Below are positions 34,312 to 44,780 of a stretch of 54,153 nt of DNA, piece by piece. How positions within the stretch are numbered: the first letter of the stretch is position 1; each line of letters begins with the position of its first letter. Location: the IMG/VR virus record IMGVR_UViG_3300049893_001743, positions 1 to 54,153 of that record; one strand, 5' to 3'. Source of the DNA: a virus. Lineage: Duplodnaviria; Caudoviricetes. A program made the position numbers and the translations under genes. The notes beneath the pieces are model-generated. The model saw nothing but the letters and a program-made list of their open reading frames with translations. It ran no database searches and was not told the DNA's origin.

Positions 34312-35392
34312 CTATATGATGAATATCTTGGTTATAATTTCTGGTCTTATATAAGCGCTTACCATCAGATAGGACTTCGGCTAGGATAAGTTTATAGCCA
34401 GATACCTGAGGATCATCTTGGTCAGAAACTACTTGGAGTATGGCTCCATATAGTAAAGCTGGATGCATCTTTGACGGCATTTGAGGAGATGAACTTATGG
34501 TATATCTGGCTGAGGTTGCGCTGGATTGACCAAAAGAGACTCCTAAAGTAAGAGAAGAATTTCCGCTTATGGCAATAATTGGGTACCATTCAGAATCTGA
34601 TCCTGTCCCAAAATCGTCTATCCTGAAATAATCTCCAGTAGTTGCTTGTGTAAAGAGAGTGCTTCCATCACCCGTGACACTTGTTCCATTTGCTGAGATG
34701 GATACAGTGCCGGCAGTTGTTTCCCTTAGTGGCTTAGGACGAAGAAAATAATCATATCGGTAACTTTTATCTATGGCTGAAGGAGGATTAATCTCAAGGA
34801 GAGCGTTGCCGGCTGTATCAGTTCCGATTATACGACAAAATTTGGCATCATTGGACGGAGTGGATGAATAATCATCTCCCCATTCTTGGAATGGTTTCTC
34901 TGGAATAATTTCCTCTTTGCCGCCTCTGTAGTTAATAAGACCGCCATTCTTGGGAAAACGGTCAAAATTCTCAGCTAAGGAGTATTTGGATTTGAATAGG
35001 TTATAGCTAGTAGATGAGGCATTTTGATCCCCAGAAAGTACTGGAGAGATGTTTAGGCTAGTAGTTCCTGCAAAAGTTACATCATAGATATAGCTATTAC
35101 CTGATATCTTAAGTTGATATCCAGTGTAAGATGACCCCATAGTGACACCTGAGAACGTGGCTGTGGAGCCTCCAGTCGTAGCAGAAACAGTCCCATCGGC
35201 TACCTTCTTATTCACGGTAAGAGTTGATGATGTTAAAAAGAAATTCCAATCTTCTTTTCTTGGAAATTCTCTTACGTAAACATCATTAATTATTCCACGG
35301 ATCTTACCCTTTACCTGCGCCCTCTCACGAGAAAGCTCCTGAACCCTCTCTACGAGTTCAGTAAAGGGGATGTTGGCTATGTTTTTACTCAT
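34286..35392 (-). CDS. Head-tail adaptor/tail tubular protein A with inserted beta domains
   Basis: FTELVERV..IND.Y......WNF, YSLAENF, PQMPSKMHPALLYGA. Confidence 0.7.
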   Translation of the reverse strand: MSKNIANIPFTELVERVQELSRERAQVKGKIRGIINDVYVREFPRKEDWNFFLTSSTLTVNKKVADGTVSATTGGSTATFSGVTMGSSYTGYQLKISGNSYIYDVTFAGTTSLNISPVLSGDQNASSTSYNLFKSKYSLAENFDRFPKNGGLINYRGGKEEIIPEKPFQEWGDDYSSTPSNDAKFCRIIGTDTAGNALLEINPPSAIDKSYRYDYFLRPKPLRETTAGTVSISANGTSVTGDGSTLFTQATTGDYFRIDDFGTGSDSEWYPIIAISGNSSLTLGVSFGQSSATSARYTISSSPQMPSKMHPALLYGAILQVVSDQDDPQVSGYKLILAEVLSDGKRLYKTRNYNQDIHHIGEEWMYRR

Positions 35393-35410
35393 GAAGGCTC
35401 CACATAAACT

Positions 35411-35677
35411 TCATTTCCAGTTGAATAGATTAAATAATGAATATGTATTACCGCTCTTATCCTCATTTTGAGTAGCGATAATACCCTGATTGTCACCAAC
35501 TTGCTGTGTAGGTTGAGCGGTCTTATGAAGCTTAGACTTCACTACACTGACTACACAGAAAGCTATTGTGATGATTACTGTTAGACAGAATCCTAGTACT
35601 ATGGCCTTAGCATAATTCTTGCCACTTATGAATCCAGTGAAGAATTTCTTCCAGGACCATGCTTCATCAAGTGGCAT
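35411..35677 (-). CDS. Membrane-anchored protein (possible spanin/lysis accessory)
   Basis: Single TM then polar tail; in membrane-gene trio. Confidence 0.5.
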   Translation of the reverse strand: MPLDEAWSWKKFFTGFISGKNYAKAIVLGFCLTVIITIAFCVVSVVKSKLHKTAQPTQQVGDNQGIIATQNEDKSGNTYSLFNLFNWK

Positions 35678-35678
35678 A

Positions 35679-35825
35679 TTAACCTACTTTGAAGAACTGC
35701 TTGATAACGCCAATAATAGTAACTGCCGTAGTGTTCTTCTTTTCAACCATATAGGATTCAAGTACACGTAGAAGAGCGAGAACTGCCGCCGCAATTTCTA
35801 CCCAATGTGTTTGAATAAAATCCAT
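35679..35825 (-). CDS. Putative holin (48 aa, not in ORF track)
   Basis: AAGGAGG SD; MDFIQTHWVEIAAAVLALLRVLES... Confidence 0.55.
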   Translation of the reverse strand: MDFIQTHWVEIAAAVLALLRVLESYMVEKKNTTAVTIIGVIKQFFKVG

Positions 35826-35834
35826 ATATCCTCC

Positions 35835-36041
35835 TTATATTTTAATTACTTTTAAAGCTACCTCTATTATGACTAAGGCTCCTCCTATTCCATAGATTAC
35901 CTTATCATGGAATTTAAGCCTGTCATCATGCTCCTTCACATCATCTATGATATGGTCCAGCTTCGCATCTATACGAAGAAGTAAATCATGATCATCTGCG
36001 TTCAAACCCTTCCTCCTTTCAACACCATCCCATTTTGTCAT
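35835..36041 (-). CDS. Coiled-coil plus C-terminal TM protein (XhlA-like lysis-associated)
   Basis: WDGVERRK..DHDLL.RID.KLD, C-terminal TM. Confidence 0.6.
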   Translation of the reverse strand: MTKWDGVERRKGLNADDHDLLLRIDAKLDHIIDDVKEHDDRLKFHDKVIYGIGGALVIIEVALKVIKI

Positions 36042-36799
36042 TGGTAAGATAGAACTCCACTAGCTTTTGCTACAGGACTGTTATATGGAGTACCAAAGTT
36101 ACTATTACCAGAGTAATCCATAATACTGTTTGATCCAGAAGCTATTGCTCCATCAGGGAATTCATTGAACCATAGACTTAGGACATGGTTTGAGGGAGTT
36201 GATGCTAGCATCTTAGGTACTGTGAATATTCTTGATTTAGCGGCTATTTCTATCTTTTCTGGAGTTAGAACCTCACGGTATGCATCAAATGATAGAATTT
36301 GACCTGTGTTCCACCTAGTCGCATCATGACGATTTCCTACATAAAATATCCCATCTGGAACTCGCTTTGAACCAGATCCATTTTGTGATGTCTCCAAACC
36401 TGCTATTTGGGAGCCATTAATATAATATGTAATATCTGTGGCGTTAGATCCTCCTCTATACACAACACCTATATGAGTTGGAGTGTTTAGCGGGATACCT
36501 ATGGAGGTAACCGAGAACATAACTGTAGTAGAATAATCTTGTTCAAACGAAACTCTAGGAGATGTAGTTCCCCCTTGAGTTCCTGACCAAATTAATAATT
36601 GCGCCTGAGTTGTTGTGGCACTGCCTATATTAACTTGAAATACTCTAGGATCCCCAAGACCAACTATGCGTTGAGTTGTTGGAATAACCCATGTAAGATA
36701 AGTTACGCTTCCATCCATAAGAAGAGATAAGGATGATCCGCATGATACTCCACCACTATTTGCATCAAATAATAGTGACATTAAATTGAACCTCTGCAA
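36038..36799 (-). CDS. LamG/concanavalin A-like domain virion protein
   Basis: THIGVVY..YYING, VGNR..GQI...Y..VLT..I, DYSGNSNFGT; likely start 36781. Confidence 0.75.
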   Translation of the reverse strand: MQRFNLMSLLFDANSGGVSCGSSLSLLMDGSVTYLTWVIPTTQRIVGLGDPRVFQVNIGSATTTQAQLLIWSGTQGGTTSPRVSFEQDYSTTVMFSVTSIGIPLNTPTHIGVVYRGGSNATDITYYINGSQIAGLETSQNGSGSKRVPDGIFYVGNRHDATRWNTGQILSFDAYREVLTPEKIEIAAKSRIFTVPKMLASTPSNHVLSLWFNEFPDGAIASGSNSIMDYSGNSNFGTPYNSPVAKASGVLSYQ

Positions 36800-39700
36800 G
36801 CAATAGCTGGAACTGCTGTTGCTATTTGATTGCCCGTTGTGTTGGAATAGTCTGCCGCAAATCCATTGGATGGATTTACTCCTACTTGAAGATATAGATT
36901 AGGAGTCGTTCCAAGATCTGTTCCTAGACCAAAGATAGGATAAGCTCCTCCAACAGCTATTGTTCTAAGAGTTACGGCTGATTTAATTGAAAGATATGAA
37001 AACCAATATAATTCTCCAGCAGATAATGTAATTGCAGGGTTATATCCTACAAGGGTAGTATTTGTGGCGCTTATATTAAGACCACTTGTTGATACGGCTC
37101 GAAATGGATATAGAACATTTGGAGAAGAGTTTGTATATATACCAAGCTGGATTAAACTCGTCGCAGATCCAGCTATCGTGGCTACAACTCCAAGCGTGTC
37201 TACCTTAAGGAATGTGGTGGAAATGAATGGAACAAAGCAGGCTGAGTTAATCGGAATTACGGTTGCTCCAAGGGCTGTGGCATTAACATGACTTGCTAAC
37301 CATAATCTTGTTGTAGCATTTCCGACAACAATTTGATTTGTTCTTAAACTATAAAAACTGCCATATCCCTCTGCCGCATTATCAAGATACAGAAGAGAAC
37401 CTGATGTTCTTATCGATATAGCAGTTCCGGCAGTAATAACTTGTTCATTAAAAAGCGTCCCATTATCTGACCAGACTACATAACATCCTCCAGTACTAGC
37501 TAATCCACCTGATCCACTAGCTATAGTTTGTGTACCAGATCGATAAATAAGTCCTGCGGCAAGGAGTTCATTATTACCTGCATTATTGCCTGCAGAGCTT
37601 GATATACGGAGCTTTATCATGTTGCAAGCGGCAAACGAGACTAAATTGACAAGAGGTATCGTTAGTTGCTGTGCTTGGCCTGCGGAATAGCCTGCAACAT
37701 ATGTAAAGCTAGCTGAGTTTATTAGACCAAATGTATCATTATGAGCGCTTACAGATCCTGTGTTGGTGCCATATCCCCACTGGTCTATAATCCATGTTGT
37801 AACTCTTGATGCAGATAATGACGAACCATTACTGAATTGAAGATGAGCTGTAGGGGATCCTGAATAATCGCACGGAAGAACAAACTGCCATACTCCATAT
37901 TGTTGAGTGGCAGTTGAGTACAATAATCTCCAAGTTCCTGTTCCAGCATCAATTACAGCAGAAGAAGTGTTTCCATATAGCTTAGCGGAGTAAACAGGTA
38001 ACTGAACAAATCCTCCAGAGGATATATTTGTGTTAGAAGCTCCTCCTCCAGTAGAAGCATTGATATAGAAAAAAGTAGAGTCTGTATGAGTCGTAACAGA
38101 TGAACCTGCTTTAAGGATTAAATCTCCTGTAAGAGTCGCATCTGATGTGAAAACTATGTATGGTCCACCTGTCGGTGCATACGTTACACCCCCAGGAGGA
38201 CTTGTAAGAGCATTGATATATATTGCAGTTGCATCTGTTACGATAGATACGCTACTACCTGCTGTTAGGATTTTCTCTGATGATAATGTTGCGTCTGCGG
38301 TATAGGTAACATAAAACCCGCCAGTGCTAGCAAGTCCTCCCGAACCTGTAAATAGGCTTGTTGTTGCATTAATAAACATATTAGAACCAGTAATATGCGT
38401 GGTTACACTTGATCCTGGTTTAATATAAAGAGCATTAGGCCATCCTGCGACAAGGGAGGATAGGATGAATGTTGCACCAGTTCCAGCGAGGCCACCTGAA
38501 TTAACGGGAACATTTGCAGTATTAGCGTCTATGTATATAGCTGTAGCATCTGTCCTGACTGTTGTGGAAGAACCTGAGGTGAGAGTCTTCTCGGCTGAGA
38601 GAGTTCCGTCTGCGGCATAGCTTACATAAAAGCCTCCAGTGGATGCCAGTCCTCCGCTACCTGCAAATGTGTTGGTTATAGCATTTATCCAGAAGAATGT
38701 TGAGTCAGTAACGATGGTAACTGAGGAGCCGGCTGTAAGGATTTTCTCTGTGGTAAGGGTAGAATCGGAAGTATAGGCAATATAGGGACCGCCTGTAGGG
38801 GCATAGACTACCCCACCTGCGGCATTAGTTAAGGCATCAATATAGATACTTGTAGCATCAGTTCTAAGAAGGACAGATGATCCAGCGGTGAGTATTTTCT
38901 CATTAGATAGCGTAGTGTCACCAGACCAAGTTACTGCGAATATGCCTGTACCTGCGAGGCCAGCAGAGTTTGATGCGCCTGCACCTGTAGTAGCTGAAAC
39001 ATAAATGGCTGTAGCATCTGTTACTATTTGGACATTAGTTCCTGCGGTTAGGATGCGAGACTGAGGAAGAAGAGGTGATGCTGAGGTGACTACAAATAGG
39101 CCTCCAGATCCAACAAGTCCAGCAGACATCGACGCTATTGAACCTGCTTGATAGTCAAATGTAAGTCCAGCTAGTTCGGCTTGTCCTACAAATCCACCAC
39201 TAGCGGAAACACGCATTCTCATTAGGTTACCGCCATTAAATGAGACTACATTGGTGAGGGGGATTGTGAGACTTTGCAGGGTTCCAGATGAGTAACCAGC
39301 TTGAAACACTGTCCCAAATGTGTTAGCTAGACCGAATGTATCTAAGTACATCCCTGAGTTAAGACCTGGAGAATATCCCCATTGCTCAACAAGCCAGGTG
39401 ATGCTTTTAGCAACGGACATACCTGAGTTAGAACCATATAGGATTCTAGTAACAGCATCTGATGAATAGTCATTTGGTAGAGCAAACTGCCATATACCGT
39501 ATTGCTGAGTTGTGGCAGAGTATAGGAGTCTCCAAACAGAGGTTCCTGCGTCAATTAAAGCGGCTGAGTTATTGGGGTAAAGCTTTGCACCTTGCACAGG
39601 TAGCATGTAATAGGGATGAGGAAGGATTGTTCCTGTTGCAACGAATGAAGCGTTGTTTGTTAGAGCATCAATGTAAATTGTGCTTGCGTCTGTGCGAATC

Positions 39701-40281
39701 TGGACACTTGAGCCGGCTGTTAGGACTTTTTCATTTGAGATAAGAGGATCAGCACTCCAGGTAATGAGATAGTTGGCGGTTCCCATAAGACCAGCGGAGG
39801 AAGAGGATACAGTTCCGTCTGTATGGGATAAGCGAGTGTAATAAGCTGTCCCACCTAGGTAGTACTCTAAGAGAACTCCTGCTGAGCTTAAGACCCAGAA
39901 ATCACCTGTATTAGGGGAAGCTATTTGAGTTGTAAGTGCTTGGAAATTAAGAGCCGCTACACCTGCGCCTGTAGATACTTGAACAGGAGCGTCATCTAAA
40001 GTAGTTCCGTTAGCCGGATAATAGGCGATATTGCCTGCGGAACCTGGATTGATTACAGCACTTCCAGCCCCTGTAGATGCGGCTATAGTGATCGTAGTGG
40101 CATCTGTTGTGATACTTACATTTGCTCCTGCCGTCAGGATCTTCTCATTAGACAATAAGGGGTCTGAGGACCAAGCTACGTAGAAGCCTCCTGTACCGGC
40201 TAAACCGCCTGAATTAGAGGATCCTGTACCACCCCCACCACCATCATTTCCTGTGTTCCTAAGTCTAGTTTCTAAGGACAT
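36781..40281 (-). CDS. Long tail fibre/adhesin with ~10 internal repeats and a duplicated globular domain
   Basis: Repeats GGLA.TGG.YV....D..LSNEKILTAG.SV.I.TDAT.IYI.A.T; two copies of LPV..AKLY..WRLLYS..TQQYG.WQF.LP.DY. Confidence 0.8.
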   Translation of the reverse strand: MSLETRLRNTGNDGGGGGTGSSNSGGLAGTGGFYVAWSSDPLLSNEKILTAGANVSITTDATTITIAASTGAGSAVINPGSAGNIAYYPANGTTLDDAPVQVSTGAGVAALNFQALTTQIASPNTGDFWVLSSAGVLLEYYLGGTAYYTRLSHTDGTVSSSSAGLMGTANYLITWSADPLISNEKVLTAGSSVQIRTDASTIYIDALTNNASFVATGTILPHPYYMLPVQGAKLYPNNSAALIDAGTSVWRLLYSATTQQYGIWQFALPNDYSSDAVTRILYGSNSGMSVAKSITWLVEQWGYSPGLNSGMYLDTFGLANTFGTVFQAGYSSGTLQSLTIPLTNVVSFNGGNLMRMRVSASGGFVGQAELAGLTFDYQAGSIASMSAGLVGSGGLFVVTSASPLLPQSRILTAGTNVQIVTDATAIYVSATTGAGASNSAGLAGTGIFAVTWSGDTTLSNEKILTAGSSVLLRTDATSIYIDALTNAAGGVVYAPTGGPYIAYTSDSTLTTEKILTAGSSVTIVTDSTFFWINAITNTFAGSGGLASTGGFYVSYAADGTLSAEKTLTSGSSTTVRTDATAIYIDANTANVPVNSGGLAGTGATFILSSLVAGWPNALYIKPGSSVTTHITGSNMFINATTSLFTGSGGLASTGGFYVTYTADATLSSEKILTAGSSVSIVTDATAIYINALTSPPGGVTYAPTGGPYIVFTSDATLTGDLILKAGSSVTTHTDSTFFYINASTGGGASNTNISSGGFVQLPVYSAKLYGNTSSAVIDAGTGTWRLLYSTATQQYGVWQFVLPCDYSGSPTAHLQFSNGSSLSASRVTTWIIDQWGYGTNTGSVSAHNDTFGLINSASFTYVAGYSAGQAQQLTIPLVNLVSFAACNMIKLRISSSAGNNAGNNELLAAGLIYRSGTQTIASGSGGLASTGGCYVVWSDNGTLFNEQVITAGTAISIRTSGSLLYLDNAAEGYGSFYSLRTNQIVVGNATTRLWLASHVNATALGATVIPINSACFVPFISTTFLKVDTLGVVATIAGSATSLIQLGIYTNSSPNVLYPFRAVSTSGLNISATNTTLVGYNPAITLSAGELYWFSYLSIKSAVTLRTIAVGGAYPIFGLGTDLGTTPNLYLQVGVNPSNGFAADYSNTTGNQIATAVPAIACRGSI

Positions 40282-42149
40282 TAAACTGCCACCATGCTAA
40301 GTTTTGCGTCTCTATTAATGGTTATAGTAGAATCCCTACTAATCCTAAAAACACCATAATTGATACTGCTTGAAGAGAAGTTATCTCCACTATTGTAATG
40401 ATAACCTAAATCTAGGGCTGTCAAGCCTGGGTCTACGGTACCATCTGAGCGAGCTATGCCTCTTACTCCACCGCCATATGGGAATAAATCAGCGGGTAGC
40501 CAAGCTGGTGGCGTGTAAGGATTGACAGTCCCCATTTGGATTGCACGAGAGGAGGCTTGAAGATGAACATCTGGGGCAGTGCCAGTGTATGATACGATTA
40601 GTGGTGAAGAATTGGTACTTGCCGAATCTTGGCTTGTGCCAGAGCGCCATTGTTCTAATGTTATGCTACCTGATCCACCGCCTGTCTTAAATATATCTGT
40701 GCCGTTATTAATCTTCCAAAAAATGTTATAGTTTGAGTCTAGGTAGGTTGATGTGGAGGTCCATATATTCACACCACAGTTACTGTTTGATCCTATTACG
40801 AAGATATTATTCTTAATGTGAAATGTACCGTTGATTGAGTTTATATCTTCCCAATACATACCCATGACGCCTCCTGCCTGGAGACGACTTATGACAGTAT
40901 TGTTTATGACATATATTTCCTCCATGGTGTTCTCTGGAGCGTTAGCGTTATCGATCCTAGTGGAGTCATAGCTTGAATTATGTATTAAGTTATTTACTAT
41001 GTAAACTTTCGTAGTAGGCTTAGTTGTTGGATGTTCTGAGCCTGCGGCTATGCTAGCTCTGCCAAAGCCAAGTGTATTATTGACGCCTGCATTGAACGAT
41101 ACGTTTCCATATAGGAATATATCTGAAGCGCCATCTACGTAGATATTTGGGTCAGCACTGTTAGCATCTTCCCAACGACCATTGTTAAAGACATAGCAAC
41201 GCAGACATCCACCGCTATTTACGGCAGTATTGGCATTGAAATCTAGGAAGTCAACACCTGCCATAAAGTTGTCATGGACTCCACCTATGATAGTAGTTCC
41301 ATTATGGGATCCACAATCAACAATCCAGCTTTGTGCGGCATACGTAGTCCATCCTTGACCAGCACCCGATCCTGCGTTATTAGCGGCGGCATAAGAGATT
41401 TCGCCTCTATACCAACGACAATCTGTGGCGTTTTCCCCTGAGCCAGCTATTTCAGCATAGAATAGAACCCCATCTATACCTGCTCCCATTACAGCACAGT
41501 CATAGAAGTAGTTTCCTGGGGATGAGGAGGACATGCCTACACCATTGGCACAGACTACTTTGAGGTTATACCAGTTTACATATGAACCTCTAGTTCCATT
41601 TGCACGAGAGGATGAGACAAGGCCTCTGGCGCCATCTGCAGAGGAGGAGTGGGCAAAATTAGCTACACGGACTTCTGATACGGAGGGATCAGCATCATCC
41701 CATAGATGTACGTAAAGGTTGCTTCCTGAGCGCTTAAATGTGCCGGCTACAAGATTAGATGTAGTTCCGTTCCATAATCCTAAAGCTCTATTTGAACCTT
41801 GGGTAACTACTTTAAGGTGTGTTTGATTTTGACCTGTAAGAGTGTAGATACTGGATACGCCTGTGGCAATCCATCCTAGAAGAGTTGTATTAGCACCATA
41901 GAATACAGGATCAGGGCCTGTTCCGTATGTGGTTATTGTTATTTTATTAGCTTGAGTTCCTGATGAGTTTACAACGACTTCTGCAGATGAGCTTAGCCAG
42001 AAATCACCTCTTTTGAAATATACGGTATCTCCTGGCTGGAGAAAGTAGTTTCCGTCACATTTGCCTTTGAACATTCCCCAAGGGTTACCTTGGGAACCAT
42101 CTCCTGTGGTATTAGAACCTGTAGATGAAGAGATGTAATAAGAGGCCAT
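40281..42149 (-). CDS. Right-handed beta-helix (pectate-lyase-like) protein, possible depolymerase/tailspike
   Basis: YYISS..G....DGS...PW, LQPGDTVYFKRGD, repeated IVNN/VINNT/IKNNIF rungs. Confidence 0.75.
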   Translation of the reverse strand: MASYYISSSTGSNTTGDGSQGNPWGMFKGKCDGNYFLQPGDTVYFKRGDFWLSSSAEVVVNSSGTQANKITITTYGTGPDPVFYGANTTLLGWIATGVSSIYTLTGQNQTHLKVVTQGSNRALGLWNGTTSNLVAGTFKRSGSNLYVHLWDDADPSVSEVRVANFAHSSSADGARGLVSSSRANGTRGSYVNWYNLKVVCANGVGMSSSSPGNYFYDCAVMGAGIDGVLFYAEIAGSGENATDCRWYRGEISYAAANNAGSGAGQGWTTYAAQSWIVDCGSHNGTTIIGGVHDNFMAGVDFLDFNANTAVNSGGCLRCYVFNNGRWEDANSADPNIYVDGASDIFLYGNVSFNAGVNNTLGFGRASIAAGSEHPTTKPTTKVYIVNNLIHNSSYDSTRIDNANAPENTMEEIYVINNTVISRLQAGGVMGMYWEDINSINGTFHIKNNIFVIGSNSNCGVNIWTSTSTYLDSNYNIFWKINNGTDIFKTGGGSGSITLEQWRSGTSQDSASTNSSPLIVSYTGTAPDVHLQASSRAIQMGTVNPYTPPAWLPADLFPYGGGVRGIARSDGTVDPGLTALDLGYHYNSGDNFSSSSINYGVFRISRDSTITINRDAKLSMVAV

Positions 42150-42463
42150 TAATTGCCTCCGTATTCATGCACAACGGCTGTTACTGTTGCTCCTCCAGAT
42201 TGGGTCCTTAGGGCCATGGTGAAGTTGTCTACTACGCTATCCCAGAACTTTGCTCCACCTGAGGTATTAATAAATATACCTGCTGAATTTACAGCTAGAC
42301 CTGATAATCCATAATAGAGTAGTGCTGTATTAGCTAAGTTGGCTATTTCAACGGCTCTTGCACCAGAAGAGATTTGGTATAGTGTTTCGGATGAGGTGAT
42401 GGATAGTAGTTTAGAGGTAATTATAGACCCTAATTGGAGATCACTTATTCTTCGTATCGGCAT
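42149..42463 (-). CDS. Small virion structural protein
   Basis: 104 aa, beta-rich, in structural operon. Confidence 0.6.
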   Translation of the reverse strand: MPIRRISDLQLGSIITSKLLSITSSETLYQISSGARAVEIANLANTALLYYGLSGLAVNSAGIFINTSGGAKFWDSVVDNFTMALRTQSGGATVTAVVHEYGGN

Positions 42464-42674
42464 TTAATCTCTCCAATGTTTCACTTATGGCTCGTTCCTT
42501 TACTCTTTCAATTATCTTCTTATCTATTTCAGAGGATATTTGTAGACCTATCTCTAGACCCTTGTTTAAGCCCTCAATGTAGGCAGAGTCTAGGGGTGTG
42601 GCATGAGGAATAGAGTTAGTTTCCTTACTCTTGAACTGAGTAAACCACTTTAAAAGTGTCATTTGGACTCGCAT
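42441..42674 (-). CDS. Hypothetical protein
   Basis: 77-aa ORF overlapping both neighbours. Confidence 0.5.
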   Translation of the reverse strand: MRVQMTLLKWFTQFKSKETNSIPHATPLDSAYIEGLNKGLEIGLQISSEIDKKIIERVKERAISETLERLNADTKNK

Positions 42675-42924
42675 TTGTTATGTTAAGAACATATTTACCA
42701 GAAACAGGTACAGCTATTCCAGTTTCGTTTAACTCACCACGGGAGAATCCCCAATTCATGACGGTAGTGTTATTCTCGTCCACCATGTTTACTCTGAATA
42801 CGGTAGTGTCAGTTAAGGCTTGAACTACAAGATGTCTTAATAAGCCACCTATTACTGAAAGAGTGGTGGTTGAGGTAGATCCTGCAGATGTTAATAAGGA
42901 CGTTTTATGTTGATAGATTCTCAT
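42625..42924 (-). CDS. Small virion structural protein
   Basis: 99 aa, beta-rich, ATGA overlap. Confidence 0.6.
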   Translation of the reverse strand: MRIYQHKTSLLTSAGSTSTTTLSVIGGLLRHLVVQALTDTTVFRVNMVDENNTTVMNWGFSRGELNETGIAVPVSGKYVLNITNASPNDTFKVVYSVQE

Positions 42925-44780
42925 GTCCAGCCTTGGGTAAAGTAAATGGATGATGGAATTGCCTGTGGAGGAGTAACGGGGGCGCTAGAAAATATCCAGC
43001 CTGTATTACCTCCTCCGTCTACCGATGGAGGCGTAGCTCCAGCGTAGAAGGTTGCACCTCCTGTTGAAATGATGTTAGTGAGGTTAACTGATTCCCAGGT
43101 TACTAGACCAGATGCTTTGGATAGAGTGGCTGATCCTGCAGATGCTGTGAAGGTTATTATATTGGAACCATTTTCAAGACCAGCATCGGTTATGAGAGTA
43201 GTTGTAGTAGATCCAGGAAGAGTTATTGACTTCGTTCCTCCCCCATCTGTGTAGATGCGGTTGAAGGTGTTGGAGCCTGTGATAGATTGAACATCAGAAC
43301 CAACGGAAGCCGCCTTGATTTGTAAATCGTTATAGGTTAATCCGCCCCCAGCAAAGGTCTTTGTTGTCGCTGAAATATTAGACAGAAATATCGTAGAACC
43401 AGACGAGTTAAAAGTTAATCCGGTTGTCGTTCCAAAAGACCATGATGTTGATGACCCAGTAACTGTGGTTGTAGCAGAACCAAGTGTGATGGCTTTTGTA
43501 GCTGTTCCAGAAATATTAAGATTTGCAAACTGCATTGAAATATTATTTGTGTTTAGGAATGAGCCATTCGTTAATGTAAAATTACCACTCACACCACCTA
43601 TTGCGTCTTGTGGTGTAAGTGTTCCTCCGACCATAGAAATTGTTAAAGCGTTTGGAAATGTTTTTCCAGCGGTTGTAAGAAGAAACCCCGACCTACCCTC
43701 AAATGTTGTAGTTATTCCAGTATTTCCAGATAATGTCATTCCAGATATTAGTTTAAGGTCGCCATAAATTGAGTGCGATATTGAGCTAATTGTCCAATTC
43801 GGCGTCCCACTCGCCCCCGTCCAATCAATAGACTTTCCAAGGCGGGGCATATCGGCTGTGATGGTTCCCCCTGTGACACCTGACATGCTTACGTCGTCTT
43901 GAGGCAGAGGAACACGGCTAGTCCATTTGGCTACACTTGACCAGTTATCTGTGCCGCCTGTGTAGGTTTGGGTGGCGGCGGTGGTGAAGGTGATGCCTGA
44001 GTTGCCTCCGCAGTCTCCTGAGTTGCCTGTGATGGCGGATAAGTCCCATGAGCCAGCACCTGCTCCTGTGATGTCACGGAAGTCGGCGTTTGAGATTGTG
44101 TTGCTTGCCGATGTGATTGTGCGAGCAGTTCCTAGAGTTGTTGACGCAAAAAGTATTCGATTGGTGGAGGAGTTTCCAGCCAATGTAAAACTGTTGGTAA
44201 CGACAAACCCTGTAGTAGTGAATATGCTGGTTTTTGTGTTTGCGCCATTAAGAACTAGGTTATAAAAAGACTGTCCACCCGTGTCGATTACCCTTGTCCC
44301 ACCCATGTGATTCATAGTAAAAGTTTTTCCATTCGGAACAAGAGTCCCTGGGAAGATAGTAAAATCTCCAGCTGATGAACCGTTGCCAGAGGTAATGTCA
44401 TCTCCAAAGGTATATGTTCCAGATGCCATCGTAATTCTTGGTAAGGCTTTTGTTCCAGATGTGAGTGTTCCTGTAGCATTCATAGCGAGAACTGCCCCAG
44501 AAGAATAGTTATACGTCATCGTAGAAACAAGTGTTATAGAACCAGATATGGTAAGAGTGATGCTAGCATTATGCGTCAACGTCCCCGTATACCCCGTACA
44601 GGTAAGCGACTTTCCTACGGAGGTGGCGGAGATGGTACATTGACCAGAGCCAGCGTCCATGATGCAGTCATCAGCAGATGTGGGTGGGCCAGAGGAATCA
44701 CCGCCTGCGGAAGATACGTTTGACCACGTTGCGGCGTCTGTCCAGTTTCCGCCTGCGGCTTTAAGGTAGAGAGTGGCCAC
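42921..44780 (-). CDS. Ser/Thr/Gly-rich beta-solenoid virion adhesin
   Basis: GGNW....TWS...P.SADD and WSS..KW....P..QDDV starts; LT..G.L rungs; few charged residues. Confidence 0.7.
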   Translation of the reverse strand: MATLYLKAAGGNWTDAATWSNVSSAGGDSSGPPTSADDCIMDAGSGQCTISATSVGKSLTCTGYTGTLTHNASITLTISGSITLVSTMTYNYSSGAVLAMNATGTLTSGTKALPRITMASGTYTFGDDITSGNGSSAGDFTIFPGTLVPNGKTFTMNHMGGTRVIDTGGQSFYNLVLNGANTKTSIFTTTGFVVTNSFTLAGNSSTNRILFASTTLGTARTITSASNTISNADFRDITGAGAGSWDLSAITGNSGDCGGNSGITFTTAATQTYTGGTDNWSSVAKWTSRVPLPQDDVSMSGVTGGTITADMPRLGKSIDWTGASGTPNWTISSISHSIYGDLKLISGMTLSGNTGITTTFEGRSGFLLTTAGKTFPNALTISMVGGTLTPQDAIGGVSGNFTLTNGSFLNTNNISMQFANLNISGTATKAITLGSATTTVTGSSTSWSFGTTTGLTFNSSGSTIFLSNISATTKTFAGGGLTYNDLQIKAASVGSDVQSITGSNTFNRIYTDGGGTKSITLPGSTTTTLITDAGLENGSNIITFTASAGSATLSKASGLVTWESVNLTNIISTGGATFYAGATPPSVDGGGNTGWIFSSAPVTPPQAIPSSIYFTQGWT

